From an uncultured Planctomycetota bacterium (GTDB lineage Bacteria > Planctomycetota > Planctomycetia > Gemmatales > Gemmataceae): a stretch of 64,000 nt of DNA. Location of the stretch: the NCBI GenBank assembly GCA_963849325.1, contig CAWKHF010000004.1:256001-320000 (forward strand), written 5' to 3'. Position numbers and translations under genes: made by a program. This document shows, in pieces, positions 34,092 to 45,016 of this stretch (positions are counted from its first letter, which is position 1; the number at the start of each line of letters is the position of its first letter). The notes below the pieces were generated by a model. The model saw only the letters and a program-made list of their open reading frames with translations, had not been told where the DNA came from and made no database searches.

Positions 34092-34242
34092 TTCACCACG
34101 GAAAACACGGAAAACACGGAAAAAGACAAAAACAAAAGAATCAGAGGAAAGTGAATCGATTGTGTCTCTGGCCTTATCGAGTAATCTTTGCATTATTGTC
34201 TTTTTGTCTTTTTTCCGTGTTTTCCGTGTTTTCCGTGGTGAA
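34092..34242. repeat. AT-rich palindromic repeat with 9-bp periodic arms (CACGGAAAA x3)
   Basis: TTCACCACGGAAAACACGGAAAACACGGAAAAAGACAAAAA ... TTTTTGTCTTTTTTCCGTGTTTTCCGTGTTTTCCGTGGTGAA. Confidence 0.85.
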
Positions 34243-34248
34243 ATGTCT

Positions 34249-35256
34249 TCAGCGGTCGAAGACGTCTTTGCGGTCGTCGTCGCGGCGCGCCGGGACCGGC
34301 ACGCGAACATCGCTGACGATCTCGTGCAACAGCGCGGCCGGCGTCACTTTGCGCAGCCGGCTCTCCGGCCGCAAGATGAGGCGATGCGCCATCACCGGCT
34401 GCACCATGCGTTTGACATCATCGGGCAGGACGAAATCGCGTCCCTGGATCGCGGCCAACGCCTGCGCCGTGCGGAAGAGGGCGATCGACGCTCGCGGACT
34501 GCCGCCGAGCTGGATGTCGTCGTGCGTCCGCGTGCCCTGCACGATTTCCAGCAGATAGCGGCGCAGCTTGTCCTCGACGTGGACCTCGCGCACCGCCTCC
34601 TGACAGGCCAGCACCTCCGCCGCCGTCGCTACCGTGCCCAGTTCGTCGATGGGATGACCGTGCTGCAAGCGCGTCAGCATCTTGGCCTCTTCCTCCAGTG
34701 CGGGGTAGCCGAGGCTGAGACGCACCAGGAAGCGGTCGAGCTGCGCTTCGGGCAGCGGAAAAGTGCCTTCGTGATCGACGGGGTTCTGCGTGGCGATGAC
34801 CAGGAACGGCGGCTTGAGCGTGTAGGTCTGCCCGTCCGCCGTGACGCGGCGCTCGGCCATCGCTTCCAGCAGGGCCGACTGCGTGCGCGGCGTCGTGCGG
34901 TTGATTTCGTCCGTCAGCAGCGTCTGCGCGAAAATGGGTCCGGGACGGAACTCGAACTCGGCCGTCTTCTGATTGAAGATGGAAACGCCGGTCACGTCGG
35001 TCGGCAACAGGTCCGGTGTACATTGCAGGCGCTTGAAAGTGCAGCCGACGCTTTTGGCCAGGGCGCGGGCGAGCATGGTCTTGGCCACGCCGGGCACGTC
35101 TTCGAGGAGGATGTGGCCCTCGCAGAAGTAAGCCACCAGCGCCAGCGTGATCTGCTGGCGTTTACCGATGATGACCTTCTCGACGTTGGCGAGGATTTTC
35201 TGAGCGGTGGCGGCCACGTCCACCGAAGGGCGGCGCGCTTCGTCGGGCCGGGACAT
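34249..35256 (-). CDS. moxR: MoxR-family AAA+ ATPase
   Basis: GHILLEDVPGVAKT, TPDLLPTD, DEINRTTPRTQSALLEAM, LPEAQLDRF. Confidence 0.92.
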   Translation of the reverse strand: MSRPDEARRPSVDVAATAQKILANVEKVIIGKRQQITLALVAYFCEGHILLEDVPGVAKTMLARALAKSVGCTFKRLQCTPDLLPTDVTGVSIFNQKTAEFEFRPGPIFAQTLLTDEINRTTPRTQSALLEAMAERRVTADGQTYTLKPPFLVIATQNPVDHEGTFPLPEAQLDRFLVRLSLGYPALEEEAKMLTRLQHGHPIDELGTVATAAEVLACQEAVREVHVEDKLRRYLLEIVQGTRTHDDIQLGGSPRASIALFRTAQALAAIQGRDFVLPDDVKRMVQPVMAHRLILRPESRLRKVTPAALLHEIVSDVRVPVPARRDDDRKDVFDR

Positions 35257-35374
35257 GGAAGGGCCTCGATGCGGGACCAGATGCGGAAGATCGTGTACGC
35301 TCCGTCCCCAGCATAGCGGCGCCGCTGGCCGCCAGCAACCTCCTGTCGCAACGACGGCTCAGAGTCTGTCTGGT

Positions 35375-35491
35375 AAGCCCTCTCCCCCGCTTCGGGGGAG
35401 AGGGGTTGGGGTGAGGGGGCGCGCCTTCTGCGGATTTCTCGCCCCCTCACCCCCAACCCCTCTCCCCCTGTGTACAGGGGGAGAGGGGCTT
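35375..35491. repeat. Composite palindromic repeat (CCCCTCACCCCCAACCCCTCTCCCC / GGGGAGAGGGG type)
   Basis: Two opposed hairpin units read directly from the sequence. Confidence 0.8.
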
Positions 35492-35504
35492 GAGGTATAG
35501 CCCC

Positions 35505-35900
35505 TCAGGCGCTCGCCGTGCCGCGGACAGCGATGGCGTGGGCCGTGGCATACGCCCGGCACTGAGACAGCGACAGGAGGATGTCGCTGATGCGCTGATC
35601 GCGGGCGATGTCCTTGGCAGCGCCGCACAGCATCACCTGCGGTTTGCCGCCCGACTCGCTGCGCACCTCGATGTCGGTCCACGACAGGCCGCGCCGCCAC
35701 GGCAGTCCCAGACATTTCAGGATCGCTTCCTTGGCCGCCCAGTGCGCCGCGAAATGCTCCGTGGCCCGCTGCCGCGATTGACAGTAACGGACCTCCCGTT
35801 CCGTGTACACGCGCAACAGGAACAGTTCGCCGTGCTGCTCGATCATACGGCCCACACGCAGGCATTCCACGATGTCTGTGCCGATTCCGACGATTTCCAT
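35505..35900 (-). CDS. acpS: Holo-[acyl-carrier-protein] synthase
   Basis: IVGIGTDIVE, WAAKEAILKCLG, GKP. Confidence 0.92.
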   Translation of the reverse strand: MEIVGIGTDIVECLRVGRMIEQHGELFLLRVYTEREVRYCQSRQRATEHFAAHWAAKEAILKCLGLPWRRGLSWTDIEVRSESGGKPQVMLCGAAKDIARDQRISDILLSLSQCRAYATAHAIAVRGTASA

Positions 35901-36028
35901 GAAGGACGCGCCTTTGCTCAAACGGAGGTTTCTGCTGCTGATCTTAGCAAAGGCGGAGCGGCAATGTAAAATCCGGGTCGTTGGACCGGCCAGCTCGTGT
36001 CGTTTCAGAGTGGGGGAGGATGTCGGCG

Positions 36029-38265
36029 ATGGCGCACGAAGCGGAGCAAGACCTGCTTGACGATCTGACGCCGGCGCAGCGCGAGGCGGTGACGCACTTC
36101 GAGGGACCGCTGCTGATCCTCGCCGGCGCCGGCAGCGGTAAGACGCGCGTCATCACGCGCCGCGTCGCCTGGCTGCTGCGGCAGGGCGTTCGGCCCGGCA
36201 ACATCCTGGCCATCACCTTCACCAACAAGGCCGCCGGCGAGATGCGCCAGCGCGTCGAGGCGTTGGTGCCCGGCAGCCGGCTGTGGATCAGCACCTTCCA
36301 CAGCTTCGGCGCTCGCCTGCTCCGCCAGTACGCCGACCGCCTCGGACTCGATCGCAACTTCACCATCTACGATCAGAGCGACCGCGCCCGCATCGTCAAG
36401 ATGGCCCTGGAAGACGCCGGCATCGATAACTACCGCTTCACTCCCGAGACGATCTCCGGGGCCATCAGCAAGGCGAAGAATCAACTCCTCAGCCCCGAGC
36501 GCTACGCCGAGCGCGCCCGCGACTTCTACGAGAAGAACGTCGCCGGCATCTATCCCCTTTACGAAAAGCGCCTGCGCGACGCCAACGCCCTGGATTTCGA
36601 CGATCTGCTGTACTGGCCGGCCCTGGCCCTCAAGCACGATAGCGAGCTGCGCGGCGAACTCGATGCGCGTTTTCGTTTCGTGCTGATCGACGAATACCAG
36701 GACACCAACCAGGCGCAATACGCCATCGCGCGCGGGCTGTCCATCGATAACCCCAACCTGTGCGTGGTGGGCGACCCTGATCAATCGATTTACCGCTTCC
36801 GCGGCTCTGACATCCGTAATATCCTCGATTTTGAACGAGATTTCCCGAATGCCCGCGTGTTGACACTCCGCACCAACTATCGCAGCACGAAATCGATCCT
36901 GTACGCCGCCAGCCACCTGATCGCCCACAACCGGCAGCGCAAGCCGAAGGACCTAATCACCGACAACCCGCAGGGACAGCCGGTGACGGTGCTGACGTTC
37001 GACACCGGCTTGGACGAAGCGGACGGCATCGCGCGCCGCATCCGCGCCGCCGTCGAGTCGGGCAAGCGCGCTACCGCGATTTCGCCATCTTCCTTCGCAT
37101 CAACGCCCTGTCGCGCGGACTGGAGACGGCGTTTGTGCAGCAGCGCGTGCCGCATCAGATCGTGCGCGGCCTGGCGTTCTTCGAGCGAAAAGAGAACCGC
37201 GACATCCTTGCTTATCTGCGGCTGATGGTCAATCCGCGCGACAACCTGTCCTTTTTGCGCATCGTCAACGAGCCGGCACGCGGCATCGGCAAGGTGTCGC
37301 TGGATCATCTGCGGACCTATGCCGAGCCGCGCGAGATGAATCTTCTGGAAGCGGCCGGCGAGGTCGGCAAAATCCCGGCCATCAAGGGCAAGGCCGCCGC
37401 CGGACTGCGCGACTTCCATCAACTCCTCCGCGACCTGTCCGGGTTACTGGAGGCGCCGCCTGACGAGGTCATCCGTCAGGTACTCGACCAGAGCGGCTAT
37501 CGACGCATGCTCATGGACAGTACCGACAGCGAGGACCAGGAACGGTTGGCCAACATCGAGGAGCTTATCACGGCGGCGAAGCAATTCGCGGCCGAAGACG
37601 GCAGCCGGACCATCGGCGATTTCCTGGAGAACATCACGCTGGCCAGCGATCTCGACAGCTGGGACGAGCGGCAGGATTGCGTCTCGATCATGACCATGCA
37701 CGCGGCCAAGGGACTGGAATTTCCCGTCGTGTACATGGCGGCGGTGGAGCAAGGCTTGCTGCCGCACGAACGCAGCATTGGCAAGAGCGAGGAACTGGAG
37801 GAAGAACGGCGGCTCGCCTTCGTCGGCATGACGCGGGCCAAGGAAGAGCTGTACCTCTGCCTGGCTCGCATGCGCGATTTTCGCGGCAACACGTTCTCCA
37901 CCATCCCGAGCATGTTCCTCGATGAACTGCCCGTCGGGGCGATCCAGACGCTGGAGCTATCCGGTGGCGGACAGGAGGCGATGGAGCAGTGGCGCGGCGG
38001 CGGCCCAGCGGCACAGCAGGGATGGACCGACGCCGGTGTAAGGCCGAAGCCGGCCCCAATCCCGCCCCGCATCCCCGAGGGGGAGAACGGCACTCGCACC
38101 TTCGTCGTCGGCATGCTCGTTCGGCACGCCAACTATGGCAACGGCCGGATTGTCGAGGTGAGCGGACAGGGGGCGCTGCGGCGCGTCAAGATCCGCTTCG
38201 CCACCGCCGGCGAACGGACGTTCATCGCCGACAAGGTAACGCTGGAAATCGTGCGAAAGCCGTAG
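36029..38265 (+). CDS. pcrA: UvrD/PcrA superfamily I DNA helicase, frameshifted near 37068
   Basis: LAGAGSGKT, DEYQDTN, VGDPDQSIYRFRG, HAAKGLEF, EERRLAFVGMTRAK, C-terminal Tudor-like domain. Confidence 0.92.
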
Positions 38266-38358
38266 GTTTTCGCCGTTCGCATCTCCGACTTGACTTCTCA
38301 GTCCAAGCCGCTATTCTGCCGTCCTTACTTTCAACCCATCTCAAGCAGGGGATCGCCT

Positions 38359-38601
38359 ATGCCCAGAACCTTGCTCGCCGGTGTCCTCGTCCTCAGTCTC
38401 CTCTCGAACGGTTGCGCCGCTTCCGGGGGCGCCCGGACGGCCGACTGGAATCCGTCCTCTCAAGAACCCTCCCACTCCAATTGGTGCAGGGAACACCCGG
38501 TGCTGGTCGGGGCCGCGGCCGGACTGCTGGTGGTGGGCGGCATTCTGACGGCAGGGTATTTCGCCTTGAAAGCAGCGGGGCCTGGCCTCCAAGGAGGTTA
38601 G
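38359..38601 (+). CDS. Small lipoprotein with C-terminal TM (paralog 1)
   Basis: Lipobox LSNGC, WCREHPVLVG followed by a hydrophobic tail; paralogous to the next gene. Confidence 0.65.
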   Translation: MPRTLLAGVLVLSLLSNGCAASGGARTADWNPSSQEPSHSNWCREHPVLVGAAAGLLVVGGILTAGYFALKAAGPGLQGG

Positions 38602-38733
38602 GGTGTTCGAGGGGACGCGCCGGGAGACGGCCCGAAGACCATGCGGGCCGACGGTTCGGCTCGACTGTCCCGCTACAACCACTACCGGGCCATCCGTATT
38701 TCCCAACCGACTCCCGCAGGAGTGATCGCGCCT

Positions 38734-39000
38734 ATGCCCAGGTCATTGCTCGTCGGTATTCTCGTGTTCGGTCTCTTTCTGAACGGCTGCGCCGCCCCCT
38801 CGCACGTCGCCCAGACGGCCGACACGCCGGGCGAGGCGGCCGTCCGGAATCCGTTTCCCCCCGAATCCACCCATCCCGTCCGCGACTGGTGCAAGGCCCA
38901 TCCCGTGATCGTTGGAATGGCGACGGGCTTGCTCGTGGTGGGCGGCGCCCTTCTAGTCAAAGGCGCCCTCTTCGCGGTGGCGGTTGGTTCGTCGCACTAA
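38734..39000 (+). CDS. Small lipoprotein with C-terminal TM (paralog 2)
   Basis: Lipobox FLNGC, WCKAHPVIVG followed by a hydrophobic tail. Confidence 0.65.
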   Translation: MPRSLLVGILVFGLFLNGCAAPSHVAQTADTPGEAAVRNPFPPESTHPVRDWCKAHPVIVGMATGLLVVGGALLVKGALFAVAVGSSH

Positions 39001-39023
39001 CGGAAGGAGATTGGCGGAAGGAC

Positions 39024-39058
39024 GAGGGGCGGCCCGGATTGCTTCCGGGCCGCCCCTC
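39024..39058. terminator. Strong hairpin between convergent genes
   Basis: GAGGGGCGGCCCGGA-TTGCT-TCCGGGCCGCCCCTC. Confidence 0.55.
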
Positions 39059-39083
39059 TCCCTCTTGGCTGAAAGCGAAATGC

Positions 39084-40085
39084 CTACGCCGCGATCCGCC
39101 TCCGCCGCCACGCCCGGCCGGCCAGACCAGCAAGGCCGAGACCCAGCAGCGTTAGGCTGGACGGCTCCGGGGCGCCGATGGCGTCATACGCCTGGTTGGC
39201 GATCAGCTCGTGGCCGGCCGTCGTCGGATGGACATCGTCCCAGAAGAGGTAGCCGGGCGCCGCCGGGTTGCCGCTCAGGATGCCCTCATCCGTTACGTTG
39301 CTGAAGCCGTACGCCGCGGGGTTCGCCTGGATCTGTTGGAACAAGGTGGCCGTATCGAGGGTGTGGATAGTGGTTCCGTTCGCACTGCCCAGCAGACTCA
39401 GATCGGCGGCCAGCGCCTGGTTGAAGCCGGCCGACAGGGCGCTCAACCCTTGCTGCGTGGCCGTCGAACTGCTCAATCCGAACGGCGTCTTGCTCAGGTC
39501 CGGCAGGAAGGCGACGAGGACGTTATGGGCGCCGGCGCTGATCAGGGCGGCGACGGCATTGGCGACGTTCTTGGCCGGCACGGTCGGATCGGTCTGTTTG
39601 TCGAAGAAATCATTGGCTCCCGCCCAGACCGTGACAAGGGTGTTGGGACTAATGGTCCCACCGCCGAGACTCGAGATGTAATTGGCGACCTGCGTCTGGA
39701 GCGTAGGCACGTTGGCGATGAACTGACCGGATGGCGTCGTCAGGGGAGAGTAGCCGGCCGGCGTGCCGAGTTGAGTGCCCAGCGGCGTCGCGCCCGTGGC
39801 GGCGCCGGCGAATGCGTAGTCCGTTCCGCCTTGCATCGAAGGCGTCGGCGTCGGCGCCCCCAGCTGGCCGGCGAGCTGCTGAACCCAGATCGAGCCGTTG
39901 GAGAAGCGGCCGGCGCTGTAAGGCGACGGCGGAAACGCCCCGCCCGTAGCGGCGTAAGCGTTGCCTGTATCCGACAGGCTGTCGCCGAAGACAACCATCC
40001 CCGTGATTGGTCCCGCAGCCGCTGGGCCGGCGGTCCCGAAAGCGAGAGCGAGGGCGAGTACGCACCCCGGGCGAGGCAACTTCAT
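39084..40085 (-). CDS. SGNH/GDSL hydrolase with PEP-CTERM sorting tag
   Basis: FGDSLSDTGN, GRFSNG, GANDF, FWDDVHPT, APEPSSLTLLGLGLAGLAGRAWRRR. Confidence 0.92.
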   Translation of the reverse strand: MKLPRPGCVLALALAFGTAGPAAAGPITGMVVFGDSLSDTGNAYAATGGAFPPSPYSAGRFSNGSIWVQQLAGQLGAPTPTPSMQGGTDYAFAGAATGATPLGTQLGTPAGYSPLTTPSGQFIANVPTLQTQVANYISSLGGGTISPNTLVTVWAGANDFFDKQTDPTVPAKNVANAVAALISAGAHNVLVAFLPDLSKTPFGLSSSTATQQGLSALSAGFNQALAADLSLLGSANGTTIHTLDTATLFQQIQANPAAYGFSNVTDEGILSGNPAAPGYLFWDDVHPTTAGHELIANQAYDAIGAPEPSSLTLLGLGLAGLAGRAWRRRRIAA

Positions 40086-40364
40086 CAATACGTCTCCTTG
40101 GCATGGGAGGCAGGATTTTCACCCTACCCAGAACCTTCTCCGAATGGCCGCCGTTGGCCGAAACGGGCCGGACATCCTACCTCTGGTCCAAAAATCACAC
40201 AAGAGGGTTCTGCTTGATCCGAAATACTTCCGTGGTCTCCCCTTTCGCCGGCAAGGAAGCCAATTGACCTCGACAGCCGCTCCTCTGGGGTGGTATGAGG
40301 CCGCCAAGCCGTGTCCTTTCGATCGCCGGACCCCCTTTCGACCTGGAGTTGTGTCAGGACGGCA

Positions 40365-43300
40365 ATGCACCGACCCGCGTCCTACCTGCGAACCAGCAGC
40401 CGCCTCGTTCTGGGACTGCTGGCCGTCGCCCAGGTAGCCGGGGCCGCGCGCCGCCCCGCCCCCCTGGCTTCCGCGCTATTACCTCGACATCCAGCTCGAC
40501 ACCGCCGAGCATATCGCGCGGGTCCGCCAGCGCGTCGTCTGGACCAATCGTCAGATGCGACCGGCGGAGGAATTGGTTTTCAACGCCCACAGCCATTACC
40601 AGCTGCCCGACAAGGACGTCGGCATGACGGCCAAGATCTTCGAGATCTTGCGCATGATGCCGAGCGAATCGCTCGATTTCGAGGGGCACGCCCTGGACGT
40701 GCGCCAGGCGCGCCTGGTGAGTTTGGCGTGGGCCGAGGACGCGGGAGAGCTAGGTCAGCCGCGCAAGGTCGCGTTTCAGCCGAGCGAAACGGTACTGCCA
40801 CCGCCGCGACCGCTGGCGGCGGACAAGGACGGGCTGCCTTTTCACTACCAGGACAAGAACGATTCGGCCCTGGTCGTGCCGCTGCCTCGGCCGGTGCGGC
40901 AGGGCGAGACCGTCACGCTCGACCTGGAATTTGTGCTGAAACTGCCGAACGTCCAGGGCCGATGGGGCTACTGGCGCGGCATCACCTACCTGACCAACTG
41001 GCTGCCGGTCCTGGCCTGTTACGACAACACGGGCTGGCAGCCGACGCCCTACGTCTGCTGGCATCAACCGTTCTTCAACGAGGCCGCGCTGTTCACGGTG
41101 CGCCTGACGGTGCCGGCGGACCAGCACATCGCTTGCACGGCCCCGGTCCTGGCGGAGTTGGACCTCGGCAATGGCCGCCGACAGCTCGACTTCGCGCCGT
41201 GCTGCGCCCGCGACTTCGCGCTCGTTTGCAGCGCGCATTTCCGCGAAATTGTCGGCGAATGCGGCTCGATCAAGGTCCGCTGTCTCGCCGCTCCCAACCA
41301 CGAGCGCTACGCCCGCCTCATGGTCGAGAGCGCCCGCGTCGCCCTGGAGACCTACACGCGCTGGTTCGGTCCCTATCCCTACCCGCAATTCACCATCGTG
41401 GAATCGTATTTCGGCTGGAACAGCAACGAGTGCGCCGGCCTCATCATGATCGATTCGCGCATCTTCGACATGCCGCACTTGGCCGCGGCGTTCGTCGATT
41501 ACCTCGTCGCCCAGGCCACCTGTCATCAGTGGTGGTACAACGTCGTCGGCACGCACGGCTACAGCGAGACGTGGATGGACGAGGGGCTGGCCACTTACTT
41601 CGCCTATCGCCTCATGAAGACCAAGTACGGGGCCAACGATCCGCTTGTCAACTACCCCAAAGGTCTCAAATGGCTGCCGAACGTCCGTCGCAGCGATTAC
41701 CGCTACTTCAACCTGTACGGCACGCTGGCGCACGGCGAGGCCCAGCCGACCGTGCAGGACATCCCCAAGTACGGCCACATCGTCGATCTGTACAGCATGT
41801 GCTACGAACGCGGCAGCAAGATCGTCGGCATGATCGAGCACGAGCTGGGCGAGCAGGCGTTTTTCGATTTTCTGCACGGAGTCTATCGCCGTCACGAATT
41901 CGGCATCCTGCGCGTGGCCGACTTTCGGCGCGACCTCGAAGAGTACACGCATAAATCGTGGGAAGCCTTTTTTCAGAACTGGGTCTATGGCGCCGGCGTG
42001 ACGGACTGGTGCGTCGAGGACGTCACCGTGCAACCGCTTCAGGGCTGGCGGCCGCACCGATCGCCGCCCGTCTACCGGAGCAAGAGCGCCGCCGTGTGCA
42101 GCTGGTTCCGCCCCAAAACGCCGTGCAAGGTGACGGTGATCGTGCGGCAAAAGGCGGAGTACAACGACCCCACCGTCGTCGGTTTCTGCTTCGACGGCGG
42201 CGACAGTTTCCGGGTGCGCGTGCCCGTCATTCCCGAGGCCGGTTTGATCGAAACCAGCGACCCGCCGGGCCGCATGGAAACGCTGGACAAGAATCGCGTC
42301 AAGGTCGAGGTGGAGCTGCCGGCGTGGCCGACGCAGATCGCCGTCGATCCCGACGAGGTGCTGGTCGATCGCAATCCAACCAACAACTACTGGAAGCCGC
42401 GCTTCCGCTTCCGGACCACGCCGGTGTATACCTTCCTCGACGAGACCGACCTGACCAACGCCTACGATCGCTGGAACCTCATCCTCGGCCCGTGGATCTT
42501 CGCGCCAACCTACGATAATCCGTGGTTCACGCGCTCGACGCGCTTCGGGGCGCGGGCCGGCGCCTACCGCACAGCCGCCTTCGAGGGCGGCGTTTATACC
42601 GCCTACCGCACGGATTACCGCGATTTCGTCGAGGGCGTCGATGCGGTCTTCGACCATTGGCCGTGGCCGCACACCGAGGCCGGCTTCGTGTTCGAGCACC
42701 GCATCGCCGGGACGTATGCCGGCGAGTACCCGGCCAACCGCGGCGTCGTGTACGGACGCTACGTCATCGATTACGGCGACAGCCTGTATCTGCCGCCGTT
42801 TCAATACGTCGAGTCCTTTGTCACCATCCAGGACGACCTGCTGCCGTTCGCCATCGAGACCGTGCCGGGGGCAACGCGCTTCCAGCACCAGGGCATCGGC
42901 GGCGCGCACTACCACATCAATTACCTGACGCCGTACTGGAACCCGGAAGGCGGTTTTTCGGCCGATGTGAGTTACGCCGCCGGACTGGTGCTGCCGGGCG
43001 AACACGGCAACATCAACAACAACAACGACCCGACTCGGCTGTTCGGCATCGATGGCTCGCATCAGCTTCTGGGACAGGCGACTTACGTGCAAGCGGTGCC
43101 GGACGGTCTGGGATGGCTGTCCAATACGGTGCTGGCGTTCCGCGCCTATGGGGCGTATGGACTGCCGAACTACGTCCAGTATTTCGCCCTGGGAGGTAGC
43201 GAATTGTTCCGCGGCTTCAGCCTGGCGCAGCGCCAGGGCAGTGCCCTGTGGGTTGGCAGCCTGGAGTGGCGCTTCCCGGTGGCGCGCGACATCAACTGGG

Positions 43301-43542
43301 GTTTCCTCGATCATTCGCTGTGTCTTCGCAGCATTTTCGCGGCGGCGTTCTGCGACGTGGGCCAGGTGTTCCTGAGCGGCCAATCGGTCGGCGGCGTCGC
43401 CGAGGCGGTCGGGGCGGGCTTGCGCCTGGACGTGGCCTGGTTCACCTTCGTCGAGCGCACCATCATCCGCATCGACGCCGCCAAGACCGTCAACAGCACC
43501 GCTCCCTTCCAAATCTGGGCCGGACTCGAACATCCCTTCTGA
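40365..43542 (+). CDS. M1-aminopeptidase-like domain fused to a C-terminal Omp85/BamA-TamA-type barrel; frameshift near 40445
   Basis: FGPYPYPQF, QATCHQWW..WMDEGLATY, CYERGS; C-terminal LGGSELFRGF, AFCDVG, GAGLR, terminal F. Confidence 0.75.
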
Positions 43543-43566
43543 GACACGTCTTCCGCGATGATGTCT

Positions 43567-43632
43567 GTTTAGCCGCGACGCGCAGCGGAGCGCGGGAATA
43601 CTCCCGCGCTCCGCTGCGCGTCGCGGCTAAAC
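43567..43632. repeat. REP-like palindrome, family A
   Basis: Inverted repeat with arms matching the 30056 copy. Confidence 0.85.
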
Positions 43633-43777
43633 GGGGGAACGCACGCCGATCGCGCCGGTTCGGATGGTTCCGTCGTCCGGTTTCGCAATCCATCCTCCCC
43701 AGCGTTTTTTCGCTCACCTTGCCGGGCCGCCGGTCGATAAAGAACGACGTATCGTGTTAGCGCGATGGGGCCGTCGG

Positions 43778-44923
43778 ATGATAGCGAGGGCTGCGAGCAT
43801 GGGCCACTGTGGGCGACTCGGTTCCTTGTTGCTCCTGGGCGCGCTGACAGCCGGAACGGCCTCGTCCGCGCCGGCACCCGTTACCGCGCCCGTATCCTCC
43901 CCCGTTCCTCCCATCCAGTTGCCCGCCGGAATTGCGAATGCGGCCGGCAACACCGGCTTTTTCGCCGCCGTCAGCGGCATCGACGCCATCGACCTCGCCA
44001 CCGGCAGTATGTTATGGCAGACACACGAGGCACAGCGTCCGTTGCTGGTGGATGGCGATCATCTGCTGGCCCAGGCCGGCGTCAAACGCAATCGCCTGCG
44101 CATCCTCCGTCTCGACCTGACCCGCAAGGGCGAGTGCGATCTGGAATCCGACCCGGTCGTGTTCCCCGCCTGGGTGGTGACCGGCGAGGCGCCGGGCCAT
44201 TCCTTCTCGGCCCACTGGCGCATCGACAAGCATCAACTGGTACTCCAGTGGGAGGCGAGCGCCTGGTACGCCGGCAAGTCGAAGCCGACTCCGGAGCAGG
44301 AGACGGCCGCGCGCAAGCACGCCGCCGGCATCGCTCGCATCGACCTGCGGAGCGGACAGGTCGAGATGACGCCGGCCGCGCCGGCCGTGGTGCCGCCACC
44401 GCCGCCACTGCCCGAGCAACTGGAGAAAAAAGCGGTGCGCTGGCAGCGCCTCATCGGGACGCACTGGAAAGTCCTCGCGCTCGAAGAGGCCGCGGGACGT
44501 CAACGGCTCGTGTTGCACACCTGGGACCGGCAGAGCGAAAAGTGTCTTGGCGAGAAAGAACTGCTGCGCGGCACCCGACTACTGACGCGCGTGACGCTCG
44601 ACGACGACGTTCTCTGTCTGCGCGAGTCCAGCCCCAGCCCCGATGAAAGAGGATCGCTCATGCCGCGGAAAACGTCCGGCTGGTGGTGGTTGTTCTCGGC
44701 GCACACGGGCGAACGGATCGGGCGCGTCCCGGACGAACCGGGGATGCACGCCCTCGCCGTCCACGGCAAGCGCGTGTTCTATCTGTTGCCCGGAACGCTG
44801 CGCGGGTCGCTCGCCGAGCCGAGTATCCAGCCGCGCACGCTCAAGGTCCTCGACCTGTCCTCCGGCAAAAAACTGTGGGAACGCCCCGTCGCGGGCAAAT
44901 GGATCGCACCTCCTCCGCTGTGA
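43778..44923 (+). CDS. Secreted hypothetical protein with PQQ-like propeller motifs
   Basis: Signal peptide; AIDLATGSMLW and VLDLSSGKKLWE. Confidence 0.6.
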   Translation: MIARAASMGHCGRLGSLLLLGALTAGTASSAPAPVTAPVSSPVPPIQLPAGIANAAGNTGFFAAVSGIDAIDLATGSMLWQTHEAQRPLLVDGDHLLAQAGVKRNRLRILRLDLTRKGECDLESDPVVFPAWVVTGEAPGHSFSAHWRIDKHQLVLQWEASAWYAGKSKPTPEQETAARKHAAGIARIDLRSGQVEMTPAAPAVVPPPPPLPEQLEKKAVRWQRLIGTHWKVLALEEAAGRQRLVLHTWDRQSEKCLGEKELLRGTRLLTRVTLDDDVLCLRESSPSPDERGSLMPRKTSGWWWLFSAHTGERIGRVPDEPGMHALAVHGKRVFYLLPGTLRGSLAEPSIQPRTLKVLDLSSGKKLWERPVAGKWIAPPPL

Positions 44924-45016
44924 GAGCGTCCATCGGCTGGCTCGCCTGGTATCATGAACCGGGGCGAGCGCGGCCGCGTCGGCGCCGGCCCTTCGCTCCT
45001 TCAGGGCCATTTCGTC

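Noticed and set aside
34092-34242. Short periodic repeats as a CRISPR array (also 13949 and 22301)
   Set aside because: Units are 9-10 bp, tandem and inverted, with no unique spacers and no cas genes in the window.
40750-43533. Long antisense ORFs (also 7821..10064, 46123..48618, 25222..26961)
   Set aside because: Shadow ORFs opposite recognisable genes, expected from high-GC codon bias; no motifs.
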